IMG/VR virus record: IMGVR_UViG_3300020414_000984
Length of the DNA stretch: 64,000 bases
Source of the DNA: an uncultured virus (IMG/VR IMGVR_UViG_3300020414_000984)
Lineage: Duplodnaviria > Heunggongvirae > Uroviricota > Caudoviricetes > Crassvirales
Direction: 5' to 3' (one strand)
The translations under genes and the position numbers were made by a program. A model generated the notes under the pieces. It did not search any database. It was not told where the DNA came from and worked only from the letters and a program-made list of their open reading frames with translations. Below are positions 20,601 to 29,566 of this stretch, piece by piece. The stretch's first letter is position 1. Each line of letters opens with the position of its first letter.

Positions 20601-23600
20601 GTTACTTCAAAAGAATTTAAGAAAAAATTAATAGCAAACTATAAAACATTTTTAAAACCTACCATGGCAAACATGATGGGTACTCAACAAAAATTTGAAA
20701 GTTTTCTTAATGATAATTTTAAATTAATATATGAAATATTACCTCAATCAATTATTAATAAAAGATTTAAACCTTTTGCGGAACCAGTTTTAGATGAAAA
20801 TGGTAAACAGTTAAGAGAAAGAACTGCACAAGGTAATGCAATATTCAGAAAAAAAGATATAACTAAAAAAGAATTTGTTGAATACTTTATAGGTGAAAAT
20901 GTTGGTAAATCAACTAGAGGCGCAAGAAAAACCGCGTTAGCGGAAGCATTGGCGCAAGAAGTTGCATTTGATGCAACATTAGATGTATTAAGAGACCCTA
21001 AAGTATTTGAAAAAATTAAACAAATAGGTCAAACACAAGAAATAGATATAGCTGATAATTATTTATCACAAGTTGCGGCTAAAATAGAAAGAGGAGTTGA
21101 TTTTCAATTTAGTGAAGAAGCTAATAACGCAGAAGCATTATATGAAATACGTGAAGCTATATTGGATGGAACAATACAACAGAAGTTTCCACATGTATAC
21201 AAACAAATTGTAACCGAAGCTAGAAAACAAGGATTAAAAATACCTAGAGCATTCAAAGGGGTTACATTTGAAACTTATCAAGTTAAAGTTATTAATGATA
21301 AACAATCAGTAACATTAACAGCTTTTGGTGATGGAAAAATGGGTCCAACTGGTACAGATATAACATTAAGAATAAATAAAGATGGTAAAAAAGCTAATGT
21401 TGGTGTAGAGGTAAAACTAAATGGATCAGATCAATATGGAAGTGGTAGTGTAAAATTTGATAAAAATGGAATTGCAACAACTACAACAGTAGAATTAACT
21501 GAAATTTTGCCAGAAATTATGTCTAATATTGATGTGTATTATCAAATGCATGAAATGGCAAAAGAATTGCAAAATGATCCAAATTTAGAATTTAAATTTC
21601 CACAAACAAATTATACTAATAAAACGTGGCAAATACTTAAAAGAAAATTTCCTGCTAAATTACGTAATCAAAGAATATTGTTAAAAGACGGCGTTCAAAA
21701 AATTATTGATCATTATAATAATAAAGGTGTTTATTATATATACATAGGAGGGAAAGGAATGTATTATATGGGCAGTAACCCTAATAATTTAAATGTACCC
21801 GCGTTTGATGGGCAGGCTGGTGTTTATGTTTCTGTAAGATCTAGTGGAAGAAATAAAACAACTGGTAATCCTAATCTTGTATTTAGAGGTAGCAATTTTT
21901 TAGTTAATAAAGGAAAAGATTTAGCAGATGCAACACTTTTTTCATCCCCTAAATTTGAAGAAAAAGTTATTACAAATAAATTTCAGGCTTCTTCTGAAAC
22001 ACTTAATACAGAATTTAATGATATTATAGAGCAAACAACAGGTGTTGGAGCACAAAAAACATTTAGTGATGTAAAAGGAAGACGAAGAGGTAAAAGAGTA
22101 ACTGGAGGTATATTTAATGCAATAATACCATATAGTGCTGAAGATTTCAAAGGATTAATGTATGCATTAATACCTAAAGGAAAACAAGGAGATAGGGCTT
22201 TAGAGTGGATAAATCATAATTTAATGAAACCATTTGCAGCAGCGGAAGAAAACATTGATAGAGAAAGAGCATTAGTTACAGCTCGATGGAAAAACTTAAA
22301 GAAAGAACTTAAAGGCGTAGCAACTAAGTTATTGAAAAAAGAAACACCTGATGGTGATTATACATTTGAGCATGCAGTAAGAGTATATATATGGGATAAA
22401 CAAGGTATGGATATTCCAGGTCTTACTGAAACTGATAAAAAAATGCTTGTAAACTATGTATTAAATAATAGTGAATTACGTGAGTTTGCGGATAAAGTAA
22501 TAAATGTAGTTGGAGTTGCAGGTTATGGAAAACCAAGAGCTGGTTGGGACGTAAGCAATATAAGTGGAGATATATATGCAAATCTTAGAACTGGTGTTAG
22601 AGAATATCATTTAAAAAGATGGAAAGAAAATAGAGATGCAATATTTTCTAAAGAAAACATGAATAAACTAAGATCTATATATGGTGATAGATATATAGAG
22701 GCATTAGAAAATATATTGAAAAGAATGGAAACCGGTCGTAATAGAATGACTGGAAACAGACAGGTAGATAATTGGCTAAACTGGTTAAATGCTTCTGTAG
22801 GTTCCATAATGTTTATTAATAGACGTTCTTCTGTATTACAGCTTATATCAAATGTTAACTATATAAATTGGTCAGATAATAATCCTTTAAAAGCAGGTGC
22901 CGCATTTGCAAATCAACCACAATATTGGAAAGATTTTATGAGAATACTTAATTCTGATTATCTTGTAAATAGAAGGGGTGGTAATAAAATTAATATTAAT
23001 GAAAATGAAATTGCTGAATTAGCTGAAGCTGGTAAAGGCGGGTTGCAAGGAGCAATATCATGGCTATTAGATAAAGGATTTATTTTAACAAGAATGGCTG
23101 ATAGTGCTGCAATTGCTTCTGGTGGTGCAGGATTTTTTAGAAATAGAACTAATACATACGTAAAACAAGGTATGTCATTACAAGAAGCTGAAACTAAAGC
23201 ATTCCAAGATTTTAGAGAATTAACTGAAGAAGCTCAGCAATCGTCAAGAGCAGATAAAATATCTATGGAACAAGCAGGAGGTTTAGGTAGAGTTATATTA
23301 GCATTTGCTAATACTCCAATGCAGTATGCTAGATTACAGAAAAGAGCATTACAAGATTTAGTTAATGGTAGAGGTGATTGGAAAACCAATATGTCTAAGG
23401 TAGCTTATTATGGATTTGTACAAAACTTTATGTTTAACGCATTACAAAGTGCATTAATTGCTGCTGGATTTGACGATGATTTAGATGACGAAAGACGTAA
23501 TAAAAAATATAGAGATGTTAGAAAAGGTATGACAGATTCTATATTAAGAGGTTTAGGTGTAAGAGGTGCAGTAATTTCTGGTATTAAAAATGCTGTAATG

Positions 23601-24008
23601 GAAGCTATTAGAAGAAGCGAATTAAAAGGCAAAAAAGATTATTATAAAGTAGTTAATGAATTATTTGACATTTCACCACCATTTTCTTCAAAAATTAGTA
23701 AAGGGTATCAAGTAGCTTATATTGAAGAATTCCAACAAAAATTAATAAAAAAAGAAGGTATAAGTTTAGATAATCCTAGATTAATGTCACTTGCTTTAAC
23801 ATTATCAGCTGGTTTTAATATACCTGCAGATAGAGCTATTAGAACAATAAATGAAGCTAGAGAAGTTGCAGATGCTGATTTAGCAACTTGGCAAAGAATT
23901 ATGATTTTATTAGGGTGGCCAAAATGGCAAATTGACCCTGAACCGAATAAAAAAGAAAAGAAAAAAAATCCATGGACAAAAAATACATGGGGAAAGAAAA
24001 CTTGGTAA
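17664..24008 (+). CDS. Giant polyvalent virion (ejection) protein: zincin HEILH, sigma70 region-2-like and PD-(D/E)xK-like domains
   Basis: 2114 aa; HEILH at 19704-19718; GVIDLIRDYNPNSGVPLAAYI at about 20316-20380; TDITL..VEVK at about 21350-21420; helical C-terminus. Confidence 0.7.
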   Translation: MYEINGRIYTLQQLEQAAENYGMDFDSYFARMQEKGLKEAENFQLGPAGAETNVGSKNDTVSKSENSFSGLLDSIYESNIGQNYIAPILKGVAASPGSPVIGIAGQFASENIAKPVLEEVGEGFVGVYDAVTQPDETSLDEENIGMGYAVGRGLTEDPKGFFLNALEAFPKFADTSIEMTIDNAKDLEETAGIYALSWALQFATGKDKLSGQEKKGLQKIVQAGIEAKDAAFDTGIGKFFELLLPKPVQLLQTSRKEIDNTRDFLQKYISQHETTITEEIAKGFDADWATIGGRIFADGFGSLPYTLASMNPYTALAMGVGLAGDKFIQEFNEDPDKSLFRLGINAAGTGAIEIADAYLTRRFLRSANVLKGGGKQAEKAVKEMQKGFKEKLLDVIGVGFKEGGTEIAQAVATRINDRITFDAKIENGKITFGKGSIFGEVDENGNVIKGSIMKDVYSIVDEGIIGFFTGAKITGYSKAVTGNQILKERAEMLLMPASIRKELSGLYKKLIEREVKIKELQDKGADPKVIGGLKSQQKRLGKKINALKSKSRLVLDNLSGTDLQKYAANVDTVNSLNENKDDKFIAKEIDVLLKENDAMFDKALKENYGEDMTFAEIAATQVGLNITKAKNESDFKKKVKNLTGKTIKDASGMNGVFIGNGKVIINEKVALKQGAVGVGSHEILHPILNAMIGDAKAQQTIVEDFKDTLTRRQRRWTDKEMTRQGKKEGTSEYYTEYINVFSEGIRKNRIGFDLNFGEQIKEWVTKLFVGKGFNNIDFRSGRGVYNFMKAYAQSMKDGKLNEQVLGALDIKAVKEAKAIGDNIQKSEISNEIQEIYDNKGFDGAFEIIEKYEGMANKHAQRFRDVPGFATNSDILVDEILTGRRGVIDLIRDYNPNSGVPLAAYINKFLPSRVIEVANRVLDSNFKTDITEERGIAQTTEEVQEDTQRPSLRLSLNLTQDVVDKVVDAVVKSFGTKLPAVTSKEFKKKLIANYKTFLKPTMANMMGTQQKFESFLNDNFKLIYEILPQSIINKRFKPFAEPVLDENGKQLRERTAQGNAIFRKKDITKKEFVEYFIGENVGKSTRGARKTALAEALAQEVAFDATLDVLRDPKVFEKIKQIGQTQEIDIADNYLSQVAAKIERGVDFQFSEEANNAEALYEIREAILDGTIQQKFPHVYKQIVTEARKQGLKIPRAFKGVTFETYQVKVINDKQSVTLTAFGDGKMGPTGTDITLRINKDGKKANVGVEVKLNGSDQYGSGSVKFDKNGIATTTTVELTEILPEIMSNIDVYYQMHEMAKELQNDPNLEFKFPQTNYTNKTWQILKRKFPAKLRNQRILLKDGVQKIIDHYNNKGVYYIYIGGKGMYYMGSNPNNLNVPAFDGQAGVYVSVRSSGRNKTTGNPNLVFRGSNFLVNKGKDLADATLFSSPKFEEKVITNKFQASSETLNTEFNDIIEQTTGVGAQKTFSDVKGRRRGKRVTGGIFNAIIPYSAEDFKGLMYALIPKGKQGDRALEWINHNLMKPFAAAEENIDRERALVTARWKNLKKELKGVATKLLKKETPDGDYTFEHAVRVYIWDKQGMDIPGLTETDKKMLVNYVLNNSELREFADKVINVVGVAGYGKPRAGWDVSNISGDIYANLRTGVREYHLKRWKENRDAIFSKENMNKLRSIYGDRYIEALENILKRMETGRNRMTGNRQVDNWLNWLNASVGSIMFINRRSSVLQLISNVNYINWSDNNPLKAGAAFANQPQYWKDFMRILNSDYLVNRRGGNKININENEIAELAEAGKGGLQGAISWLLDKGFILTRMADSAAIASGGAGFFRNRTNTYVKQGMSLQEAETKAFQDFRELTEEAQQSSRADKISMEQAGGLGRVILAFANTPMQYARLQKRALQDLVNGRGDWKTNMSKVAYYGFVQNFMFNALQSALIAAGFDDDLDDERRNKKYRDVRKGMTDSILRGLGVRGAVISGIKNAVMEAIRRSELKGKKDYYKVVNELFDISPPFSSKISKGYQVAYIEEFQQKLIKKEGISLDNPRLMSLALTLSAGFNIPADRAIRTINEAREVADADLATWQRIMILLGWPKWQIDPEPNKKEKKKNPWTKNTWGKKTW

Positions 24009-24019
24009 ATAAATAAATT

Positions 24020-24151
24020 ATGGCAAAAGACGCGTGTTACAAAAAAGTAAAGGCAAGATATAAAGTCTTCCCTTCTGCATATGCTAGTGGAGCAATCGCT
24101 AAATGTAGAAAAGTAGGAGCAAAAAACTGGGGTAATAAATCTAAAAAATAA
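24020..24151 (+). CDS. Small basic protein MAKDACYKKVKARYKVFPSAYASG... (43 aa)
   Basis: Read from sequence (below ORF-track cutoff); aattATG context. Confidence 0.7.
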   Translation: MAKDACYKKVKARYKVFPSAYASGAIAKCRKVGAKNWGNKSKK

Positions 24152-24154
24152 ATT

Positions 24155-24295
24155 ATGGAAAAAAAATTTAAAGCGCATAAAATGTATTGTAAAGATGGCT
24201 CAATTCATAATGCTAAAACTTATAAGGAACACATGGCATTAAAAAAGAAAGGATGCGGACATAAACCTATAAAAGATGGCGGTAAAGAAAACTAA
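24155..24295 (+). CDS. Small basic His/Cys protein (46 aa)
   Basis: MEKKFKAHKMYCKDG...; aattATG context; abuts its neighbours. Confidence 0.6.
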   Translation: MEKKFKAHKMYCKDGSIHNAKTYKEHMALKKKGCGHKPIKDGGKEN

Positions 24296-24551
24296 AAAAG
24301 GGGCAGCACTTAAACGTTGGTTTAAAGAAAAATGGGTTGATGTACGAACAGGTAAGCCATGCGGTAGACGCAAAGGTGAGAAACGTGGCACGCCTTATTG
24401 CAGACCAAGTAAAAGAGTATCTAGTAAAACACCTAAAACTTCTGGTGAAATGTCAGCTTCAGAAAAAGCAAAGAAAATTAGAGAAAAAAAGAGATTAGGG
24501 CAGCCAGCGGGTAAACCAAGAAGAGTAAAAAACGTTAAAAGACGCAAATAA
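24276..24551 (+). CDS. Small basic phage protein (LKRWFKEKWVDV...PYCRP)
   Basis: K/R-rich, with a motif common in marine phages. Confidence 0.7.
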   Translation: MAVKKTKKGAALKRWFKEKWVDVRTGKPCGRRKGEKRGTPYCRPSKRVSSKTPKTSGEMSASEKAKKIREKKRLGQPAGKPRRVKNVKRRK

Positions 24552-24559
24552 CAGGTAAT
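24551..24559 (+). promoter_or_regulatory. Putative middle/late promoter (AYANGTRAT)
   Basis: acagGTAAT upstream of the envelope module. Confidence 0.45.
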
Positions 24560-24585
24560 TACATATATTATACAAACTTAACATT

Positions 24586-25776
24586 ATGAAACAAATTTTA
24601 ACTATCTTAGCAATATTAATATCATTTAATATTACTGCGCAAGAAGAAAAGAAAAAAGGTAAATTTTTCAAATCTATTTATGATGAATTATTTAAATATG
24701 GTACATTATATGTAGCTGGGGATATTAAAAATCCTAGAGAAAATCCAAAAGATTATTTTGTAAGAACAAACCCTGATGGTAATTTATATACACCACCAGT
24801 TGTTGTTGATGGTACAGACTATTACGATTTTGATTATCGTTATGGTTTTGGTATTCGTAAGATAGCAAGGTTTGATTATGAAAGAAAAGCTAAGGATTAC
24901 TATAATGGTACTGAATCTAACGTAGCCATGACAGCTCCTAATTCATCTATTAAAGGTTTAGAGTATGTATTTCATACGGAAAAAGAAAGGTCCAGAGATG
25001 AGATATTTAAAAATCACCGTTATTTTGTAAAACATAGTGGTAAATACCACATGGTTAAGTTAGAAAGTAGAGCGCAAGGTAAAGTTGATTTTAAATATAA
25101 GTCAGCTGAAGTTAGAGCTAAATTACCTATTGGTAAAAAGTTTAGCTTATCAGCCGGTGCAATGTATCGTACACATGAAAGAGCTTACGGATATAATCCA
25201 ATTGAAATTTGGTTAAACGAAACTAATGAACAAGGTTATCCTATAAATTACTGGTATCAATTAGGTTATAACTATGGTTACACCGATCAATGGGTTACTA
25301 TTAATATTGATGGTGAAGATGTATACGATTATTATTGGTATGATCCAGAAGGAAATACGGTGGCCTATACAGATTTACAGTTCCGTGATACTATATTTGA
25401 ATCATTAATTAATCGTTATAATAACGAACAATGGGATTTACTAGATCCATTTGGAGTTGTATCTCCTGTTGTTGGATTTGATTTTTATCATTTCAAGTCA
25501 AATTTCTGGCTTCACGCTTATGGTTCTTATTTATTACCATATCATAAATATGTTGAAGGTGATGAAGATTTTAGTTATTTAAATAGAAATAACTGGGGAT
25601 TAGGCGGATTAAGACAAGATTCAGAGCTTGAACAATGGGAAGATTTTCAAGCAGGTATAAATTTTGGTTGGAAATTAAACAGATCAATAGGCGTATTCTT
25701 TGAAGGCGAATATACTAAGTTCTGGGATAGTAGAATATATAACGGGTCTGTTGGACTAAATATAACACTTAGATAA
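24586..25776 (+). CDS. Exported protein, probable outer-membrane beta-barrel
   Basis: Signal peptide ending ITA|Q; aromatic-rich alternating strands (FSLSAGAMY, AGINFGWKL, IGVFFEGEY); terminal strand GSVGLNITLR. Confidence 0.7.
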   Translation: MKQILTILAILISFNITAQEEKKKGKFFKSIYDELFKYGTLYVAGDIKNPRENPKDYFVRTNPDGNLYTPPVVVDGTDYYDFDYRYGFGIRKIARFDYERKAKDYYNGTESNVAMTAPNSSIKGLEYVFHTEKERSRDEIFKNHRYFVKHSGKYHMVKLESRAQGKVDFKYKSAEVRAKLPIGKKFSLSAGAMYRTHERAYGYNPIEIWLNETNEQGYPINYWYQLGYNYGYTDQWVTINIDGEDVYDYYWYDPEGNTVAYTDLQFRDTIFESLINRYNNEQWDLLDPFGVVSPVVGFDFYHFKSNFWLHAYGSYLLPYHKYVEGDEDFSYLNRNNWGLGGLRQDSELEQWEDFQAGINFGWKLNRSIGVFFEGEYTKFWDSRIYNGSVGLNITLR

Positions 25777-25777
25777 A

Positions 25778-26065
25778 ATGGCAAAGCAAATTGGGGAAGA
25801 TACTAAAGTAACATTAGATTTAAAAACAATAGGATTAATAATTGGCGGGGCTGTTTCAATAGCAACATTATATTTTGCATTACAAGCCGACATAGCTCTT
25901 GCTAAAGAATTACCAGCACCTGTAATTGATAGAGTTGAATATGATTTGAAAGATGAATTAATTCGTCAAACAATTATGGACACTCAAGATGATGTAGAAG
26001 AAATAAAAGAAACTATTGATAAAATAGATCAAAGACTATACGATATACAAAGCAAACAAAGATAG
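25778..26065 (+). CDS. Single-TM protein with C-terminal coiled coil
   Basis: Hydrophobic TIGLIIGGAVSIATLYFAL followed by heptad repeats. Confidence 0.7.
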   Translation: MAKQIGEDTKVTLDLKTIGLIIGGAVSIATLYFALQADIALAKELPAPVIDRVEYDLKDELIRQTIMDTQDDVEEIKETIDKIDQRLYDIQSKQR

Positions 26066-26066
26066 T

Positions 26067-26465
26067 ATGAAATACTTAAATATAATTTTACTTTTAATTA
26101 CATTTAATACTTTTGGGCAAGAATTTATTACTGATGATAATTTTGATAGTAAAATAAACGAAAAACAGGCATTTGGTGATGATCAAACATTACCGGTAAT
26201 AGTTGAATTTTATGCTTCATTTAATGATGCTAATAAGTTTGAGGAGTGGGATAAGTTAGAAAACGTTATATATTATAGAGCAGATATAGGTAAATGCCCA
26301 GCGGCAAAGAAAAAATATAAAGTCCGTATGGCACCAACTTTAATTATATTTAAAGAAGGTATAAAAGAAATAGTATTTAAAGCAGGTTTAGATTTAATGT
26401 TACCTGCTGATTTAGAAGAAATACAAGAATCCATTAACGAAGTCAATGCGGCTTCCCAATTTTAA
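26067..26465 (+). CDS. Exported thioredoxin-fold protein lacking CxxC
   Basis: Signal peptide TFG|Q; PVIVEFYASFN in place of PVLVDFWAxWCxxC; YKVRMAPTLIIFKEG cis-Pro motif. Confidence 0.75.
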   Translation: MKYLNIILLLITFNTFGQEFITDDNFDSKINEKQAFGDDQTLPVIVEFYASFNDANKFEEWDKLENVIYYRADIGKCPAAKKKYKVRMAPTLIIFKEGIKEIVFKAGLDLMLPADLEEIQESINEVNAASQF

Positions 26466-26468
26466 ATT

Positions 26469-26522
26469 ATGAGTGAAAATAATACTTGTCCTCTTTGCGG
26501 CGGTTACTGTGGGCTGTGCTAG
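26469..26522 (+). CDS. Cys-rich micropeptide MSENNTCPLCGGYCGLC (17 aa)
   Basis: taaattATG context 3 nt after the thioredoxin-like stop; two CxxC motifs. Confidence 0.45.
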   Translation: MSENNTCPLCGGYCGLC

Positions 26523-26817
26523 CTCACAAGATATAGGAAAAGATAAATATTACCATTTTGCAGCAGGTGCTACAACAGCGGCGGTTGCAAATGAAATGAA
26601 ATTACCAAAAGTAGCATCCTCTTTTGCAGCGGGATTTGCTAAAGAGACGTATGACTATATAAGAAATAGTAATTTTGATGCTAAAGACTTGGTAGCCACT
26701 ACTTTAGGTGGCATAGTAGTAAATTATATTATTAAATTAACAAAAAAGAAAAAACATGTGGAAATTAACAAAAAAATACCTGAAGGACGTATGGGTCCTA
26801 TTATGGAGCAAAACTGA
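26473..26817 (+). CDS. Putative lipoprotein (DKxxHF, YfiM/VanZ-like)
   Basis: Lipobox-like VTVGC; DKYYHFAAG, KETYD and DLVATTLGG motifs; GTG start. Confidence 0.6.
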   Translation: MKIILVLFAAVTVGCASSQDIGKDKYYHFAAGATTAAVANEMKLPKVASSFAAGFAKETYDYIRNSNFDAKDLVATTLGGIVVNYIIKLTKKKKHVEINKKIPEGRMGPIMEQN

Positions 26818-26989
26818 AGTAGACGAAAAAGCAATAGCTACTTTAAAAGAAGTTCAAAAAAGATATAAGCTTACAGCTCAAGAAATAGAAGATGTAGCTG
26901 CAGCAATGAAAGAAGTTGCGAATCAAATAGAAGATATACCAGGAGCTTTAAAAGGCAGTGGTCGTAAAGGAAGAAAAACTAAAAAATAA
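26756..26989 (+). CDS. Hypothetical helical protein
   Basis: 77-aa ORF coupled to the next gene (TAATG). Confidence 0.6.
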   Translation: MWKLTKKYLKDVWVLLWSKTEVDEKAIATLKEVQKRYKLTAQEIEDVAAAMKEVANQIEDIPGALKGSGRKGRKTKK

Positions 26990-27360
26990 TGAATATGTTT
27001 AAAGATAAAGAATTAAGAGGATATATAGGTGCTGCTACAGTATTTTTACTTGTAATGGGTTTACTGTTATTTTTAGCGTTTTTTGAAATACCAGATACAA
27101 ACAACGATATATTTAAAGTAATTGTCGGTATGTTAGTTGGATCATTATCTGTTGTTATTTATACTTTTATTGGTAAAAATCCAGAAGAAGTAGAAGCATT
27201 AAAAGCTAGAAACGAAGCTCTTGAAGATAAAGTAAATCAAATGGTTATTGAAAAAGATAAATTAGAAGCTTTATTAAGAGATCTTCAAAACGAAGTTATA
27301 GAAAAATTATCTATAACAGGTGGTAAATTTGAATTTAAAAATAATGGAAAAAATAAGTAA
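26989..27360 (+). CDS. Two-TM membrane protein with coiled coil (holin/antiholin candidate)
   Basis: Two hydrophobic helices; immediately upstream of the endolysin. Confidence 0.55.
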   Translation: MNMFKDKELRGYIGAATVFLLVMGLLLFLAFFEIPDTNNDIFKVIVGMLVGSLSVVIYTFIGKNPEEVEALKARNEALEDKVNQMVIEKDKLEALLRDLQNEVIEKLSITGGKFEFKNNGKNK

Positions 27361-27805
27361 ACATATAAGCTATAGAGAAGGTGTGTATAGCAATACAGCT
27401 GATAGAAAAGGAATTGAAAATATTCCTAATGAAGAACAGTTAGCTAATATGAAAGTAATAGCTGAAAAAGTTTTTGAACCACTACGTAACTTTGTAGGTG
27501 GGCCAATAAAAATTAATTCATTCTTTCGCTCAGTAAAATTGAATAGAGCTATTGGTGGGTCTGCAAAATCACAGCATTGTAAAGGACAAGCAATTGATAT
27601 TGATGATACTTTTGGACATGCTATTAATGCAGTTATGTACCGTTGGATTAAAGAAAATTTAGATTTTGATCAAATGATATGGGAGTTTGGAGATGACAAA
27701 AACCCTAATTGGGTTCATGTTAGTTATGTATCGGAAGATAAAAATAGAAATAGATGCTTAAAAGCATATAAAGAAGATGGTAAAACTAAATATATGGAAA
27801 TATAA
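27344..27805 (+). CDS. Endolysin, peptidase M15 family
   Basis: SFFRS...SQHCKGQAIDI...WVHVS zinc-ligand pattern; ATG at 27344 preferred over the track start at 27320. Confidence 0.88.
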   Translation: MEKISKHISYREGVYSNTADRKGIENIPNEEQLANMKVIAEKVFEPLRNFVGGPIKINSFFRSVKLNRAIGGSAKSQHCKGQAIDIDDTFGHAINAVMYRWIKENLDFDQMIWEFGDDKNPNWVHVSYVSEDKNRNRCLKAYKEDGKTKYMEI

Positions 27806-27807
27806 AA

Positions 27808-27845
27808 TAAATAAAGGGAAGCAATTAAGCCTCCCTTTTTTTATT
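27808..27845. terminator. Bidirectional terminator at the convergence of the + and - arms
   Basis: aaataaagggaagc-aattaa-gcctcccttttttatt with A and T tracts on both sides. Confidence 0.8.
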
Positions 27846-29565
27846 ATCCATCACAAGCTAAACAATTCTCATCCATAGCTTGCTGAGCAATATCTCCCCT
27901 CAGTACAGATTCTGTACGAACATAATACAAAGTTTTAATACCTTTTTTCCACGCTTCTAAATGAACTTTATTAATCCATTTAGGTGTAGCCACAGAAGGA
28001 AATGCTAAATTTAAACTAACAGATTGGTCAATATATTGTTGACGTATACCTGCTTGATTAACTAATTCTAGCTGATTAATTTCCTTGAAAGTTTTGAATA
28101 TTTCTTTGACGGGTATATCGTGACTTCCGTAGGTAATTTTGTCTAATGCTTTGATACCTTGGATTGACCCTCCGTCTTGAAGAATTTTGTTCCATATCTT
28201 TTCGTTATCTAATTTGTGTTTTCTTAATATCTTTTTTAATGTAGGATTTTTTCTTATAAAGGTTCCTTTCGCAGACTGCTCAGTAAAAATATTAGCGGCC
28301 CAAGGCTCAATACCAGGACTAACGTTACCACTGAGCTTACTATTAGACACAGTAGGAGCAATAGCCCTGAGATGCGTGTTACGCATACCAGTACCACGGC
28401 ACCATAACGGTTCACCATATGTTTCAGCCAAACCACGACTTGCTCTTTCACTTTCAATTTTAATTTGTGAAAATATTCTACGAGTTTCAAACTGCGCGAG
28501 TAAACCTTCAAAAGGAATACCTTTGTTTTGTAAATAGGTATGCCAGCCAAGAACACCAAGTCCAAGAGCTCTACCCTTTTCAGCCGACCTAACAGCGTTT
28601 TCAAATCCATATCTATATTTTGCTCTTTGTATAAATTCTTCAAGTACTCCATCCAAGAACCAAACCGCATCATGAATGATATTTGTGTTTTTCCATTCTT
28701 CATATTTTGCTAAGTTTAACGATGATAAACAACAAACAAAACTATGTGACTCATCTGTATGTAATGTTATTTCACTACATATATTAGTCATATGTACTTT
28801 TAAAGCGTTGTCTTTGTACGCTGTTGGATTTTGTTTGTTAGTGTTTCCTTTAAAAAGTATATAAGGTTCTCCAGTCGCTTTACGTTTTTGTAATAACTTA
28901 CTCCATTTTTTTCTTGCGACTTTATCGCCTCCTTCAAGTCTTCGCATGAATTTATCGCCGACGACAGCGCATTGATGTAAGTTAAGCGATTGTCTGTTGA
29001 TGTCTCCTTTAGGTTCTCTAATTTCGAGCCACTCTTCAAAATCATCGTGGTCAATGTTAATATTAACGCTAGCTGCTCCTCTTCTAACGGATCCTTGATT
29101 TGTTGCAAGAATAGTTGAATCGTATATTTTACAGAAAGGCACCACTCCGTCGCTTGTTCCATTTCCAGTTATTTTTGCGCCGGCGGGTCTAATCATATTA
29201 ATTCCGATACCTACTCCACCGCCGTGCTTAGCGAGTAGCATCATCTCTAAATTCTTTTTACCAATATCTTGTATGCTATCAGCAACATCAATTCCAAAAC
29301 AACTAATAGGTAAACCTCTATCTATACCTGTGTTAGAAAGCACTGGGGAAGCTAAACATAACCAACCTTTCCATATATATTCAAAAAAAGTTTCAGCTAA
29401 TTCTGGACGATATAAACGCTTAGCAACAGTTGTTGCAACACGCTCATAAGCATCTTTAGGTGACTCACCATTATATAAATAGCCTCCTGTTATTGTTTTT
29501 TTATAAACATCTGTATCACCCCAAGCAGGATAATCAACTCCTTTTTTCCAATCTTTATTCCACAT
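27844..29565 (-). CDS. nrdA: Class I ribonucleotide reductase alpha subunit (short, no ATP cone)
   Basis: LPISCF, GGGVG, TNICSE, APTVSNS, KTLYY and C-terminal CLAC motifs. Confidence 0.95.
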   Translation of the reverse strand: MWNKDWKKGVDYPAWGDTDVYKKTITGGYLYNGESPKDAYERVATTVAKRLYRPELAETFFEYIWKGWLCLASPVLSNTGIDRGLPISCFGIDVADSIQDIGKKNLEMMLLAKHGGGVGIGINMIRPAGAKITGNGTSDGVVPFCKIYDSTILATNQGSVRRGAASVNINIDHDDFEEWLEIREPKGDINRQSLNLHQCAVVGDKFMRRLEGGDKVARKKWSKLLQKRKATGEPYILFKGNTNKQNPTAYKDNALKVHMTNICSEITLHTDESHSFVCCLSSLNLAKYEEWKNTNIIHDAVWFLDGVLEEFIQRAKYRYGFENAVRSAEKGRALGLGVLGWHTYLQNKGIPFEGLLAQFETRRIFSQIKIESERASRGLAETYGEPLWCRGTGMRNTHLRAIAPTVSNSKLSGNVSPGIEPWAANIFTEQSAKGTFIRKNPTLKKILRKHKLDNEKIWNKILQDGGSIQGIKALDKITYGSHDIPVKEIFKTFKEINQLELVNQAGIRQQYIDQSVSLNLAFPSVATPKWINKVHLEAWKKGIKTLYYVRTESVLRGDIAQQAMDENCLACDG

Positions 29566-29566
29566 A

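Noticed and set aside
23460..23495. GFDDDLDD in the giant protein as a crAss-type virion RNAP catalytic loop
   Set aside because: It does not match the DFDxD context, lies in an acidic linker of the helical C-terminus, and no double-psi barrel motifs are visible
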